Source: Octopus vulgaris
Lineage: Eukaryota
DNA: 64,000 bases
Assembly (NCBI GenBank): GCA_951406725.2
Contig: OX597822.1
Coordinates: 99,138,001-99,202,000 of the forward strand
Reading direction: 5' to 3'
Shown: positions 13,391 to 25,912 of the stretch, piece by piece
Layout of the letters: each line of letters opens with the position of its first letter
Numbering within the stretch: position 1 is the stretch's first letter
Notes under the pieces: generated by a model
The model's input: the letters and a program-made list of their open reading frames with translations, nothing else
Told to the model about the DNA's origin: nothing
Databases searched by the model: none
Made by a program: the position numbers and the translations under genes

Positions 13391-13979
13391 TTCAAATTTA
13401 TAATTAACTGCATTGATTTTTGTTATCACCCTTACAAAATCCAATTATTATCCGCAGACACAACAAAAAATATTTTCAGATTCATACAACATCACTTGAA
13501 TAAATGTATTTTCTGTTTCATTAAATATAGTAGTAAACTTGGTGTTTTATCAATCTACCAGTGTAAAGTTGTAGTGGATGTGTGATAGCAGACGATGTGG
13601 GGAATTGAATTACCCAAGAAAACGAATCGTTAAATAAAACAACCATTCAATATATAGAATAATAAAACTAAACGAATTAATACAATATTATAAAAGAGAA
13701 ACCACCCAATCACAAAATTGGTTATAGTAATAGTTTCAAATTCCAGGACATGACCAGCAATTTTTGAGGAGATAGGAAAGCCAGCTACATCGACCTCAAT
13801 ACTTGACTGGTGCTTATTTTATTGATCCCGGGAGGATAAAAGACGAGGTCGACAGCGGTTGAAATTGAGCTCAGAATGTAAAGCGGGACGAAATGCCACT
13901 AAGAATTTTGTACGGTGTGCTAACGGTTCTGCCAGTTCGCCGCCTTAAAATTGACTATAATAGTGATATACAGCCTGGA

Positions 13980-14565
13980 AGGCGGAGAGTTGGCAGAAAT
14001 GTTAGCACGCCGGGCGAAATGCTTTGCGGTATTTCGTCTGCCGCTACGTTCTGAGTTCAAATTCCGCTGAGGTCGACTTTGCCTTTCATCTTTTCGGGGT
14101 CGATTAAATAAGTACCAGTTACACACTGGGGTCGATATAATCGGCTTAATCCGTTTGTCTGTCCTTGTTTGTCCCCTCTGTGTTTAGCCCCTTGTGGGTA
14201 GTAAAGAAATAGGTATTTCGTCTGCCGTTATGTTCTGAGTTCAAATTCCGCCGCAGTCGACTTTGCCTTTCATTCTTTCGGGGGCGATTAAATAAGTACC
14301 AGTTATACACTGGGGTCGATGAAATCGACTTAATCCGTTTGTCCCCTCTGTGTTTAGTCCCTTGTGGGTAGTAAAGAAATAGGTATTTCGTCTGCCGTTA
14401 TGTTCTGAGTTCAAATTCCGCCGCGGTCGACTTTGCCTTTCATCCTTTCGGAGTCGATTAATAAATACCAGTTACACACTGGGGTCGATATAATCGACTT
14501 AATCCGTTTGTCTGTCTTTGTTTGTCTCCTCTGTGTGTAGCTCCTTGTGGGTAGTAAAGAAATAA
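13980..14565 (+). mobile_element. Meta-type SINE with its body triplicated in tandem (~175-185-bp units)
   Basis: GGTATTTCGTCTGCCG...CCCCTTGTGGGTAGTAAAGAAATA occurs three times. Confidence 0.9.
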
Positions 14566-15084
14566 GAAATATACAGCCTGGAGCACCATAATAGTCAAGG
14601 ATTATTCGATAAACCTTAATATATTCTACCTTTTACTTGTTTCAGTCATTAGACTGTAGCCATGCTGGGGAACAACCTTGAAAAACTGTAGTTGATTGTA
14701 TTGACCCCTGTACTTTATGTTTTTAATCGGTGAATTTTGTTAAGTTTGTTGTAGTATATTAAATACATGGAACGATAATAGGATAAAACTTCTCGAGTTT
14801 TATCGACTCATGCGACTCGTTTTCCAGTTTACCGGTTTCCGTCGCCGCAATACTCATTTTTGCTAGTCGAGTGGACTGGAACACCATGAAATGAAGTGTT
14901 TTTCTGAAGAACACAATGTATCACTCGCTCTAGGAATTGAAACCACAATTTTATTATCATGGGTCCAACACTCTAACCACTAAGCAACGGACCTTTACTC
15001 TGGCGCATTTATAAGGTAACTATAAATATTTATGCAGCGAGGAAAACACAATATTTGTCATCTCTCTCACTCCTTGTCTGTCTG

Positions 15085-15169
<85 letters not shown>

Positions 15170-15203
15170 GTTCCTGCGTATTTAAATGTGCGTGTGTGCG
15201 CGT

Positions 15204-15440
15204 GTGTGGCTTAGCGTTTAGGGTATTGCATTCGTGATGGTAAGATTGTGGTTTCGACACCTGGACCAGGCAAGGCGTTGTAGTATTGAGTAAAACACTT
15301 CATTTCACGTTGCTCCAGTCCACTCAGTGTTAAAAATGAGTAATCCAGTGACGGACCGATGTCCTGTCCCGGGGTAGGGATATATACATTACAGAATGTG
15401 GGAAACCGGCCTTGTGAGCCTATGACTCGGAAAGGACTTT
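15204..15440 (+). mobile_element. tRNA-derived SINE; related copies 39558-39830 (+), 14860-14995 (-), 45370-45505 (-)
   Basis: GTGGCTTAGCGTTTAGGGT...GGTTTCGACACC...TTGAGTAAAACACTTCATTTCACGTTGCTCCAGTCCACTCAG. Confidence 0.75.
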
Positions 15441-15593
15441 TGATCCATTTTTCTTGATATATATATATTAATTTCACGAGCAGGCTGTTCTATTGATCGG
15501 ATCAACTGGAACGCTCGTCGCCGTAACCGACGGAGTGCCAGGAGAAATGGGACTCAAGTGTATATATATATATATATATATGCAGCACGAAGT

Positions 15594-15644
15594 TTTGTCA
15601 GTGAACAGGTCGCGGTCTCAAAGCGACGAAAATATTTTGACAAA
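15594..15644 (+). ncRNA. Hammerhead-like motif with G3-C8 core
   Basis: TTTGTCA-GTGAACA-G-GTCGC(GGTCTCAAA)GCGAC-GAA-AATATT-T-TGACAAA, inside a ~200-bp island between two (TA)n tracts. Confidence 0.55.
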
Positions 15645-15796
15645 TTAAATTTAAATGTTGAAGTGAATCTAACGGTTTTTGTGTGTTTTTAAATGGCTTA
15701 TAAACACCTTCCACGCTGCAATTGTTTTCGTTCCAGCACACGATCTCAGATCAGGTCACTTGCTATGCAAGTACATCTCCGTAATATATATATATG

Positions 15797-15882
<86 letters not shown>

Positions 15883-16108
15883 GTGTGTGTGCGTGCGTGT
15901 GTGAAAGAGAGTTGTGTACGTATGTCAGAAATTACAAAACGACCCATAAAATCGTATATATACTGTTATTCGTCATTAAAATGGAAGAACACACGCAAAG
16001 TGGTAGTGTCAGGAAAAGAAAGATTCAAAACCACGTTTGTTTCAACATAAAACTGTCTTTGTTCCCCTTGCACTCTCTTTTAATCTTTCATTTCTCTCTC
16101 TCTGTCAG

Positions 16109-16163
<55 letters not shown>

Positions 16164-16166
16164 TCT

Positions 16167-17057
16167 GGATCTTTTCATTTTTGAAGCCAGGACCACAGAT
16201 CTTTCTACTTAACTAAATAATCTGAAACTTCGTATGCTGATAGAGTCTAGCAAAACAAGACACAGGTTGGAACTAGTTTATTTGAGAAAAATCTATTTTA
16301 TGACTTTAATCGTAGATTAAAACTGCGAATTTTAACCAATCAGATTGTTTGTTTTCATGTGTAAAACTTGACTGCATTCTATTAGTGTGACGTAGAAAGC
16401 GCTTTTGTGACGTACTAACGTTCGTTTGAAAACTGTAAACAAACACAGAACGTAACGGCAGACGAAATACGGCTACGCATTTCGCCCGGCGTGCTAACGT
16501 TTCTGCCAGCTCTTTGCTTTTTTAATATTAAATTTCTTGCCTTTTGCACAAATAAATACAATAAGTGAAATGAAACGCATTAGCTTAGAAACGAAATCTT
16601 GTTAGAAGCCTCGTCACTGAGATGCCACTTCTTAATAGCAAACGAAAGCAAGTACTAACAGAATGGAAACAATTTCAATTTAATACATGTGGCTTATTAA
16701 CTAGTTTTAAATATTGTTATTAGAAGGTGGCTGACTATAGGATCCTGGAAACATGAGTACGTTAAATAATTAGAAGGAGATTTCACGGAGACATGCGCTT
16801 TGTTTACATTTAAGATGTTTAATACGTCACCAAATTGGTGGTCGAGACGGAGTAAATAAAATAAAGCCGAATGACGGAATATCATTGGTTAAAATTCTAA
16901 TTATTAAACAACGTTAAACTTAGAAGTTACAATTCCGTTTTCATTCTGGTTTACAATTAAGTTTACTTTTGACACATTCTACCAGTATACGAAGTTTCAA
17001 ATTGTTTGGTTCAGTAGGAAAAATTTGAAAAAACTGGCTTCAGAATTGAAAAGATCC
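16167..17057. mobile_element. Non-autonomous TIR transposon (Merlin-like termini) with a SINE fragment inserted
   Basis: Left GGATCTTTTCATTTTTGAAGCCAG and right CTGGCTTCAGAATTGAAAAGATCC form inverted repeats. Confidence 0.7.
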
Positions 17058-18446
17058 GCGATGGATGGCTGTGGTCTGATAATCCATTCAAGTAAACGGT
17101 TCGTTGCAAAAATCTTTTTTCGTGTAAACCCTCAAATCAAACTCTGTTGACTCGAATAATGTTGGATGTCGCAGACAACGCAATGTAGATTTTAAAAAGT
17201 GTGGTAGTCACGATAGGAAAGTCTTTTAACCAAAGTTTGCTCAACCAGAATTGACTTAAGGGCTAAACAACAACAACAACACGTTTCATTAATGTGACGA
17301 AATCTACCAAAGACTCATTCTAGCTGGTGTAAGTGATACTTTTCTGTGGGATGACGTCAGCAGCTGGGGAGCTGACCGGAACTGGGGTTGACCGGAAGGG
17401 GCAGCCATGACGCGCTCGCAGTCTACAAAACTGGGAATAACGGTAGTTAAGAAAGAAATACCATAGCGTTGTTAAAGTAACAGTAACTGGTTATTGGAAG
17501 CCATTTTACTCATTTCATTTGCATTTATCACCTCTTAACAACTTGAAATTATACTGCTGTCTTGGATTCTTGTTGATCGCTAGGAAAACGTATGCAAATC
17601 AAGAGTGTGCTTCTGTTGCAGAACTATTGCTTAGAGGTCAATAATATGTCGTACACTGTCATTAAATAACTTCGTAAATACACAAACCCAATCCCTTCAG
17701 TTTCATTCCACTTCCCTAAGTTGTTATTTCAAGCTGCTTGTTCTAAACTTATTGCTGTACTTTTAATTTATAGCTAATATATTCAGTGTCATTTTCACAC
17801 AGAGAAAACATCCTGTTTGATGAATTGCAACTATATTAATAGTAACAGATACTGTAATGAGGAAAGGAAATTTAGGATCATACATTCGCCCAACTTTGTC
17901 AACGTTGTCCTATCTTCTTAGAATCTGATATCAGGAATTAATTCCTTACTTTTTTCTTAGAATTGTGTTTTTACTCTAACGTGTACAAGACAGTAAGTTT
18001 CCTTAATTAGACCTACAAACTCTTTACAAAACACTTTGTTTTTCGTCTTAGATCCTAAATTACTTAACATCACGTGAATTAAATGACGTTCATATTGTGC
18101 GTAGGAGAGATATCAGAATTCATCATCGACTGCTTTAAATATGGAAACACGCGCCTCATTTTAAAGTAGATCGGTGTAAAGTTTTCAACAAAATAGAATC
18201 TACGATTCACTTTCGATACCTGAGTAAAGACACAATTTCAGAAAGATATTAACGACACACAATTTCATTTCTCTTCCCTTAGACTATATCTTGAAAGCGT
18301 GTAGCCAAGTGGTTAGGCTATTCAACTCACGAACACAAGGTTACGGGTTCAATTCCTGGACCGGACCGGGCTGTGTTGTGTCCTTTAACAAGGCACTTCA
18401 TTCTACGTTATTCCAGGCTACTGAGCTATAATGAATACCTATTTAT

Positions 18447-18853
18447 TTACTACCCACAAGGGGCTAAACACAGAGGGGACAAACAAGGACAGACATAGGT
18501 ATTAAGTCGATTACATCGACCTCAGTGCATAACTGGTACTTAATTTATCGACCCTGAAAAGATGAAAGGCAAAGTCGACCTCGGCGGAATTTGAACTCAA
18601 CGTAACGGCAGACGAAGTACCTATTTTTTTATTACCCACAAGGGGCTAAACATAGAGGGGACAAACAAGGACAGACATAGGTATTAAGTTGATTACATCG
18701 ACCTCAGTGCGTAAGAGGTACTTAATTTATCGATCCCGAAAGGATGAAAGGCAAAGTCGACCACGGCGGAATTTGAATTCACAACGTAGCGGCAGGCGAA
18801 ATACCGCAAAGCATTTCACCCGGCGTGCTAACGTTTCTGCCAGCTCGCCGCCT
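18447..18853 (-). mobile_element. Meta-type SINE with tandem body duplication, inserted into another SINE head (18296-18435)
   Basis: Reverse complement of the 13980-14565 unit, present twice plus the head. Confidence 0.88.
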
Positions 18854-20094
18854 CAGCTCTAATGAATATCGATTTGGCGTAGATGTAACCCTCTGTCCTT
18901 CAAGGTGTTACATTCTGGATATTCCGTTAGAAAATGGCTGAAAGGGCTGAACGAACAAGCTGTCTATGTCTACTTGCGCTGCTTATTAGCAAAAGCATGG
19001 TACACGTCACCATCACAGCTTGCGAATGACATCTGACAGTATTATAATTATCTCTGGCATTAAGCTTATGTCATGGTGGAAGTCTGTTTCATCGGTCAAC
19101 TGGTAGTACCAATGGAGATTCCAATTTTCGTAGGGATTTAGGGAAATAATACAGAGTATTGGCGTCCCCATGTAGTGACTTATTCCAGACGTATTGAACT
19201 TTGCTTGGCATACTAATAAAACATACGACAATGCTATAGTGTTACCGCGACTGAAATACTTACTTATAGTTACCGATTTCTTTATTACCCACGAGGGGCA
19301 CTTACTTATAGTTACCTCACATAGTAGCAGTGATGGATTATATATATATATATTGGGTCGTCTCATAAATAAAGGGGTTTTCTTTTATACTTCTTTTATT
19401 TTTCAAAATTAAGATAAGCAAAGTTCTTTTTAAATCTAAAATATACTCTCCTTTATTTTCTACAATGCTCTGGTAGACTCTTCCAAAAGGCCCCTCTTCC
19501 AAAATTCACTTGTTCGTGACGAAAAATACTCCAGTACTGTTCTGACAATTGTTTACAGAATTCATATTTTTTCCGTCCAAAGCAAAATATGCCGAATTTG
19601 CTCTTTTATCACTTCGATTATAGTTTTGAAAAAAATAACTGTTAAAATCGAACTGCACTCTTCAAAACTTGCACTAAGAATAAGCACAAGGTAAAATTAC
19701 TACCTGATTTTATAGCAATTTGATGCAGTTAGTTTATCCCCTCCCCCTCCGATTTTTAGTTCATGCAATTGAAAAAGCCGCATTATTTAAGGGATGATCC
19801 AACACACACACACACACACACATATACATATATAAGAGTGTATAAGGATTTTTACACAGAGGGATGACCCTGACAGGACGCCTTACATGATAGAAAGGGC
19901 AGTTAAACTCAAACCACGATAAAAAAAGTAATTCCAAAGTGAATGAAAACGAAAATTATTTATAGCTGAAGAGCGCAAGCTCGAAACCTAAAAGACTTTC
20001 TCACTTCCCCGAGCGTCAAACTAATACACCTGCTTGTTGTTCATACACCTGTCTTCGTCATTAACTGCAGCCATCCTGGAACACTACCTACCTA

Positions 20095-20292
20095 CGAGGG
20101 GATGCTGAAATGTTCTTGGCTTTAAGGGCATCGTGAAAGGCCCGGTTGGAGGACCAACTTTCCGAGTTCTTTTACAGTAAGGACTGCTACAATGAGTGTG
20201 TGAGTCTGAGAGGTGAATATGATGAATAAAATCATAACTGATTCTTCTTCTTTTCTTTTATCCAAAACCAGGAACTTTTCAGCACCTCTTCA
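20095..20292 (+). mobile_element. Mariner-derived MITE
   Basis: TA|CGAGGGGATGCTGAAATGTTCTTGG ... CCAGGAACTTTTCAGCACCTCTTCA; internal YNECVSLRGEYDE* resembles a mariner transposase C-terminus. Confidence 0.75.
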
Positions 20293-20696
20293 TGTATGTG
20301 TGTGATTGTAACAGGTCCCTAGTCTTCTCAAAATCATTTTCATACGCTTTACAATGAAGTTATATGTATGTATCAAGTCTCTACCACCAACTTGGTTGAT
20401 AGCTGTTGAATTTTTCCTCTTAAGAAAGAGCTGATTTCTAAGAAAGATACAAATCTCCATCTTTGGAATATAGATAACGAAAACAATGTCACATTTTAAA
20501 CACGAGAAAAGGCTAGCATAGTTTTTCCGTTCTTCTTACTGACTGTATTTGTAATGCACGAATCGTTTGCTTTCTTTTTCTGAAAATACACACTTATCCA
20601 GATTGACAGTTAGGCATTTACTCCCAGAACCAAGTGCTCCAATTATTATTGGTATAACTGTGCATTTGTAATCCGTATGTATGCATGTATGACTTG

Positions 20697-20742
<46 letters not shown>

Positions 20743-21319
20743 ATAATAATATTAGGGAATAAATCCAAACTTTCAGGGAAAAATGAGATTTAGGATTAAA
20801 TCCAATTTTATAGTATAAATATATTATATTATATTATATTATATTAAATTAGAGATAAAACCACTATTAGGCAAATCAAACAGTGAAAAACTTATATTTG
20901 GCTTATATTTTTAACTTTTATATTTTAAATTAATTTTATGTATTGGCTTATGTTTTTCACTGTTTGATTTGCCTAATAGTGGTTTTTATCTCTAATTTAA
21001 TATAATATATATATATGCAAGTATAGCTAATAAAGAATTGCGTAGATCTTTTTTCGTTTTTTTACCCCCCAGCTGTTTGAAGATCTTTCAATTCTCAATG
21101 GATTGTTTTCAAATTTTCAACACAAAAAGGAATCCGTGTCCTCACATGCGGAAATAGAAACTATTTGCTGTCATAATTCTCATGGCAACAAACAGACTGT
21201 CGCTGGAAATGCAATCAAAGCGAACCGTGAAAATTGAATTGTTTTTACTATAAAAGAATTTAACGAAAGTAAACAAACGAAAAGAGAAGTTTTTTTTTTT
21301 ATATATAAAAAAAGAATTT

Positions 21320-21719
21320 GGATCTCTTCGGTTTGAACGGCAGTTTTTAAAAATAATTTCCACGTAACTAAACACTTTTAAACTTCGTATACTGGTAGAA
21401 TGTGTTTATAAAACATCTTTTTCTCTTGGCTTTATTGAGAAAATTCTATAGTTTGTAAGATATTTGTTGTTTTTTTCTTCAATTTCAACCAATCAATGAC
21501 GTCTATTGAGGTAAAAAAAACATTCTGTGCCGTATGAATATGTCCCTCGTTTAAGAAACAGATTGGGTTTATTTACATTTGTGAAGAAAAAAAAGATACC
21601 CTTCCCCCCACCCCTAACCCTAACTAACGCTAAAACAGATTGATACTAGGGTCATAATTATGGGTGACAATTTCATATGACACCGCTAGAAAAAACTGCC
21701 GTTCAAACCGAAAAGATCC
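21320..21719. mobile_element. 400-bp Merlin-type MITE
   Basis: TIRs GGATCTCTTCGGTTTGAACGGCAGTTTT and AAAACTGCCGTTCAAACCGAAAAGATCC; perfect 8-bp target duplication AAGAATTT; internal CCCTAA repeats. Confidence 0.85.
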
Positions 21720-22199
21720 AAGAATTTAATTAAAAAAAACAAAACACACATGAAAAGGATTTGGGGGGTTTCACTTTTCAATTCCTTCAATTTTATTCCA
21801 ATTGATTCCAAATTTGGTGTATTGATCTAATTTTGTATGCTAATTATGAAAATGAAATTATTTTTTGCCATAAATAAAAAATAAAAAGTTAATAGCTTTT
21901 AAAGTTTGTCAATTTTGGGTAATTTTAGCCAATTGAAACCCACAGACACATTGGTGCCTGATTCGATTGTAGCAAGCCAAGCTGTTGTGTAGTCTGCTTA
22001 CTCGTCTGTTGCTTACACGTCCAACCACATGTAGCTTACGTTGTTTTTCCTACATGAACTGCACTAGAATTTATTTTCTCGTAATTTAACGACCTTGCTA
22101 TAAAATATGTATTTTTTTACATGAACTGAATTGCAGTTTATTTTTCTGTAATTTATCATTCAGTTATTGTTTTCGTATCATATGCGTCTTTCAACATTT

Positions 22200-22520
22200 C
22201 ACATGACTTAAAGAAAACTTCCGGCGTTGAATGTTTTGTAGTCGTAATGTTGTATCTCAGGAATACGCGAGTATGTGCGCCAGAGGCCACTGTAAATAGT
22301 TGTTGGCGGCAGAATTGATTGTCGAATGCAATCTGTGAATGTATCACAATCTTGAGAGGGCACAGCGAAAAGAAAATAAAAAACAAATTCTCGAGTCTCG
22401 CGACGCACACCGCCGAAAACCCACAGTTCGATTAACAATTCGAACTCCGGTTGTACTTTCTCCTTGAAAATACAGTTTTGTTTGTTTCAGCAATTCTACC
22501 GAGACCATCATCAATCTTCA
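22200..22520 (-). pseudogene. Merlin/IS1595-family DDE transposase remnant (host element ~21757-22860)
   Basis: Frameshifted translation ...VFSRRKYNR... WVFGGVRRETRE..FLFAVP....CIRQSILPPTTIYSGLWRTY matches the IS1595/Merlin KRKYNRG, WVFGG and PGTTIxSDxWxAY motifs. Confidence 0.85.
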
Positions 22521-23424
22521 TTGGATTGTGAAGCAAATTTTCCGCGCAAATCTCCAGTAAATAATATTTATAGTCTACTGCAAAAATGATACCAGTCTCT
22601 AATTCCTCCTAGTAGATGTCAATCCTGTCACACCTACACCATCATGAGTAAACAACGATACACTGGAGTTGCCAAGATAACAATTTCGACTTCTGCTTAT
22701 GAGGACTCCGGCTTGAAACTCATATGTAAGTTAAATATGAAAATTTAAATGTGTCTATCTTCTTTATTATAAGCTTTCCAAAATAATAACTGCGGTATTC
22801 GCCATCAGCATGCAAAATTACATAAAAAAGTACCTCTGTGTGAAAAGTCTGGCTGCATCCGAAAAAATATATATTATGAACATAAATAAACACAAAAGTT
22901 ATTACACGAATCTGTTACCACCCACGACAGTCAACTATTTGACGCCGAACACGAGTTTGATGTTGAATACATCCACGAGTTTTCCGCTCAGATAGCTCTT
23001 CCCAAGACTGCAAGACGGCTTCGTGTAATTCATGCTTCGTTGTAGGGTTTTTCAGTTCAACTAAAGTTGATAATGATTCGGCTAATTCCACGTGTAAACA
23101 TGTGTTGAATAGAACTCACTGAATAAATCATAATTAATTGTGTTGTCAATTGTATGCACCTGACATATGCTAACGTGTATGAAGCCAAACTTTTCAGACA
23201 GAGGATACATTTTTTGAAAATTTTCAGATTAAGATTTGTGGTTGGATGCGCGAATCGGGGACGTGCGATACAAGTATATATCGTATACAAGTATATATCG
23301 TGCATGCGCCAGTCAGCTCGTAGGATCGACTGCCTACGTCTGGCTAGCGCGGGCGCGCGTGTGCGCAAACCGGGTCCAGTCTACGCTACTAGTACCAAAG
23401 ATCCAATTGCATTTATACTTTTAG

Positions 23425-23591
23425 CAAGCGTGGTCCTAGGAATTTTTGGAAGTGGAGGGGGGGCACAACATCAGAAGGGAATACAATTCCAGGAGAAAAA
23501 GGCGCAATAACATTATTTAGAAGGGCGCATTTCTTTTCTTGAGTGGGGCACGTGCTCCTCAGCCGCCCCCCCCCACCCCGGTCCGCCCATG
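23425..23591. mobile_element. Probable short MITE with GC-rich termini
   Basis: Imperfect TIRs CAAGCGTGGTCCTAGG and CCCCGGTCCGCCCATG with internal poly-G and poly-C runs. Confidence 0.4.
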
Positions 23592-24712
23592 TTTAAGATG
23601 ATAACTTGTTATAAATTGAGTATCTTGTTCCAGTCATCGGCACATTTGTACACCGTTGTAGGATGTCAATATCATAAAACCATCCCCCCCCCCTTCCACG
23701 AATATCAAGCATTTTTTTTGGGGGGGTGGGGTTAACTTGTATTTGGAGATTCCGTGAAAAGATTAGTATCGGGATTGGCAGCCACAGTTTTATATCATGA
23801 AACAATTGTAGCTTTCAAGACATTAAAACAAATAGTTTATTTCTTATTTCAAATTAGTCTCTCTCTCTCCTCACAGAACTTTATGCAACAGACATCATTT
23901 GTTCTAAGAAAGATTTGTTGTTCGAAATGTTACGAAACGTTTCAGACTGGTTTTCAATATTGAAGTAAATAGTTTTCTTGTCTTTTTTTTTATCTTTTCA
24001 TATCAGCAAAATAAACAGATAAGGTAGGAAATAACGCACTGATAGAGCTCGTTCATTGACCTAACCACTCTAAAGAAGTCGAGAAATAAAATATAAAATA
24101 AAATGAAATTTTAAAATAAAATTGAAAAATTAAAGTAAAATAAAATAAGGAACTTAAAAAAGAGAAACGACATATTTCTGTTTGGATGCAGCTGTCACTA
24201 CGAAATATCGATATTAATCGAAGTGAAAATTTATGATTCAAGTTACGGCAAGAGATGCTTTTACAATTTTGCATTAGCATATGTACGAGACAGAAGATAG
24301 GACAATAAATATTTCAGAGAAAAATAACATACGATCATCGTGCAACAATTTAAAAAACTTCCTTTTGGCATTTGGAGTTTTTTTCTTTCGATAGATAAAG
24401 ATTTCTTTGTTGATATAATATATGTTATTGTTTGTTTATTTTACTTACGATAAACAAATAGAACAACCAATGTCTTTTTCTTTTCATTTAAAATTGTTAT
24501 AACAATGTTATATATTTTGAGAATAAGAAAAATAATGAATAATAAATTGCGCTTCATAAACAGGAAGCCATTTTAAAAAGCAAAAACAAAAACTCCCGCC
24601 ATGTCATCGAATTCATCATCGTTTACGTAAACAGGAACATTTACTTTCCCTTGAGATAAAATATTAGCCATTTTGTGATGTTTTCTTTTTCTTTCTCACC
24701 TGCTTATAAACT

Positions 24713-25095
24713 GACAAGGTGACAGTTACATAAGTCAGCCTCTATGAAGTCGTTCGACTGACTAGAAATAGCAGCCAAATGTTAATCAAATCATATCCCA
24801 TCATTTCTTTAAAAAATGACACAATAGATAAGAGAGTCCGGGTTACTTTGTGTCAAGATGACAGTTACACATGTCAGCCTCTATGGGTTGCGCAAACATC
24901 AAGAAATAGCAGTCAAACTTCATCAAATCACATATTACCAATTTTTAAAAAGTGACACAATGAATATGACAAGGCGATAGTTGCACAAGTCAACCTCTAT
25001 ATAGTCTTTCGAACAAGAGGGCCAAATCTTAATAAAATCACTCCTATCATCTTTTAAGAAAAAGGCACATTTAATAATGTAGTCCTAGATACTTT
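24713..25095 (+). repeat. Three diverged tandem copies of a ~125-140-bp unit
   Basis: GACAAGG(T/C)GA(C/T)AGTT(A/G)CA.A(A/T)GTCA(G/A)CCTCTAT...CAAA...TCAAATCA recurs three times. Confidence 0.75.
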
Positions 25096-25912
25096 ATGAT
25101 ATACAAGGTTTCATCTCAAATTTGTCGTTATCAACCTCAAATTCGTCATTGTCAGCTTCAATTTCACCGTCTTCAATCTCAATTACTTTGTCTCCTCTCA
25201 ATTTCATCATCGTTAACTTAAATGTTGTCACTGTAGGTGAAGCAGATTTTTTTGGTGAACAGACATTGACATCTGTGGTTACTTGTTCGCCGAATTGTAA
25301 AAGAATGTAAGCATTAAAAATTTCTCTAAAGAATTACAAGTTTTGTAGAATAAAAATTGCCATGCATTTAAGTACACCAGGTGTACATAAAATTACATAT
25401 TATGCAATGTTCTTTTATTCTTTTACTTGTTTCAGTTAAGTGAATGCGCCCATGTTGGAGCACCGCCTCGAAGGGCTTTAGTCGAATAAATAGCTCCCAG
25501 GACTTATTTCTTAATCCTAATACTTTATTTTATCGGTATCTTTGCCGTACCGCTAAGTTACAGGGATGTAAACACACCAACACCGGTTGTCAAGCGGTTG
25601 GTACAAACACAGACATAAAGACACAGAAACATAGATACACACACACACACACATATATATGCAATAAAGCCTCGATATACGAGTTAATTCATTCCTGGAG
25701 ACAGCTCGTAAAACGAAAACTAGTAAAGCAGAGCAATAATTTCCCATGACAGCAATGTTATAAATTGTAATTCGTACCCAGAAAAAATACTTTACCTATA
25801 AAATTTATAATACTCGTAAATAAATTACAATAAAACATCAGTAGAATGTAAAGAATACTTTATGTAAAGTAAAAAGAATGTCAAGATCATTTATAATAAA
25901 TTATTATAATTA

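Noticed and set aside
18296-18370. tRNA gene
   Set aside because: A/B boxes are present but there is no complete cloverleaf; it continues into SINE body sequence.
18960-19215. Possible transposase remnant on the minus strand (YVWNKSLH...)
   Set aside because: The resemblance is too weak and fragmented to support without a profile search.
21611-21628. Interstitial telomere
   Set aside because: Only about two CCCTAA units, and they lie inside a MITE.
25100-25310. Acidic coding-like stretch on the minus strand
   Set aside because: Short, with no convincing splice sites or recognisable family.
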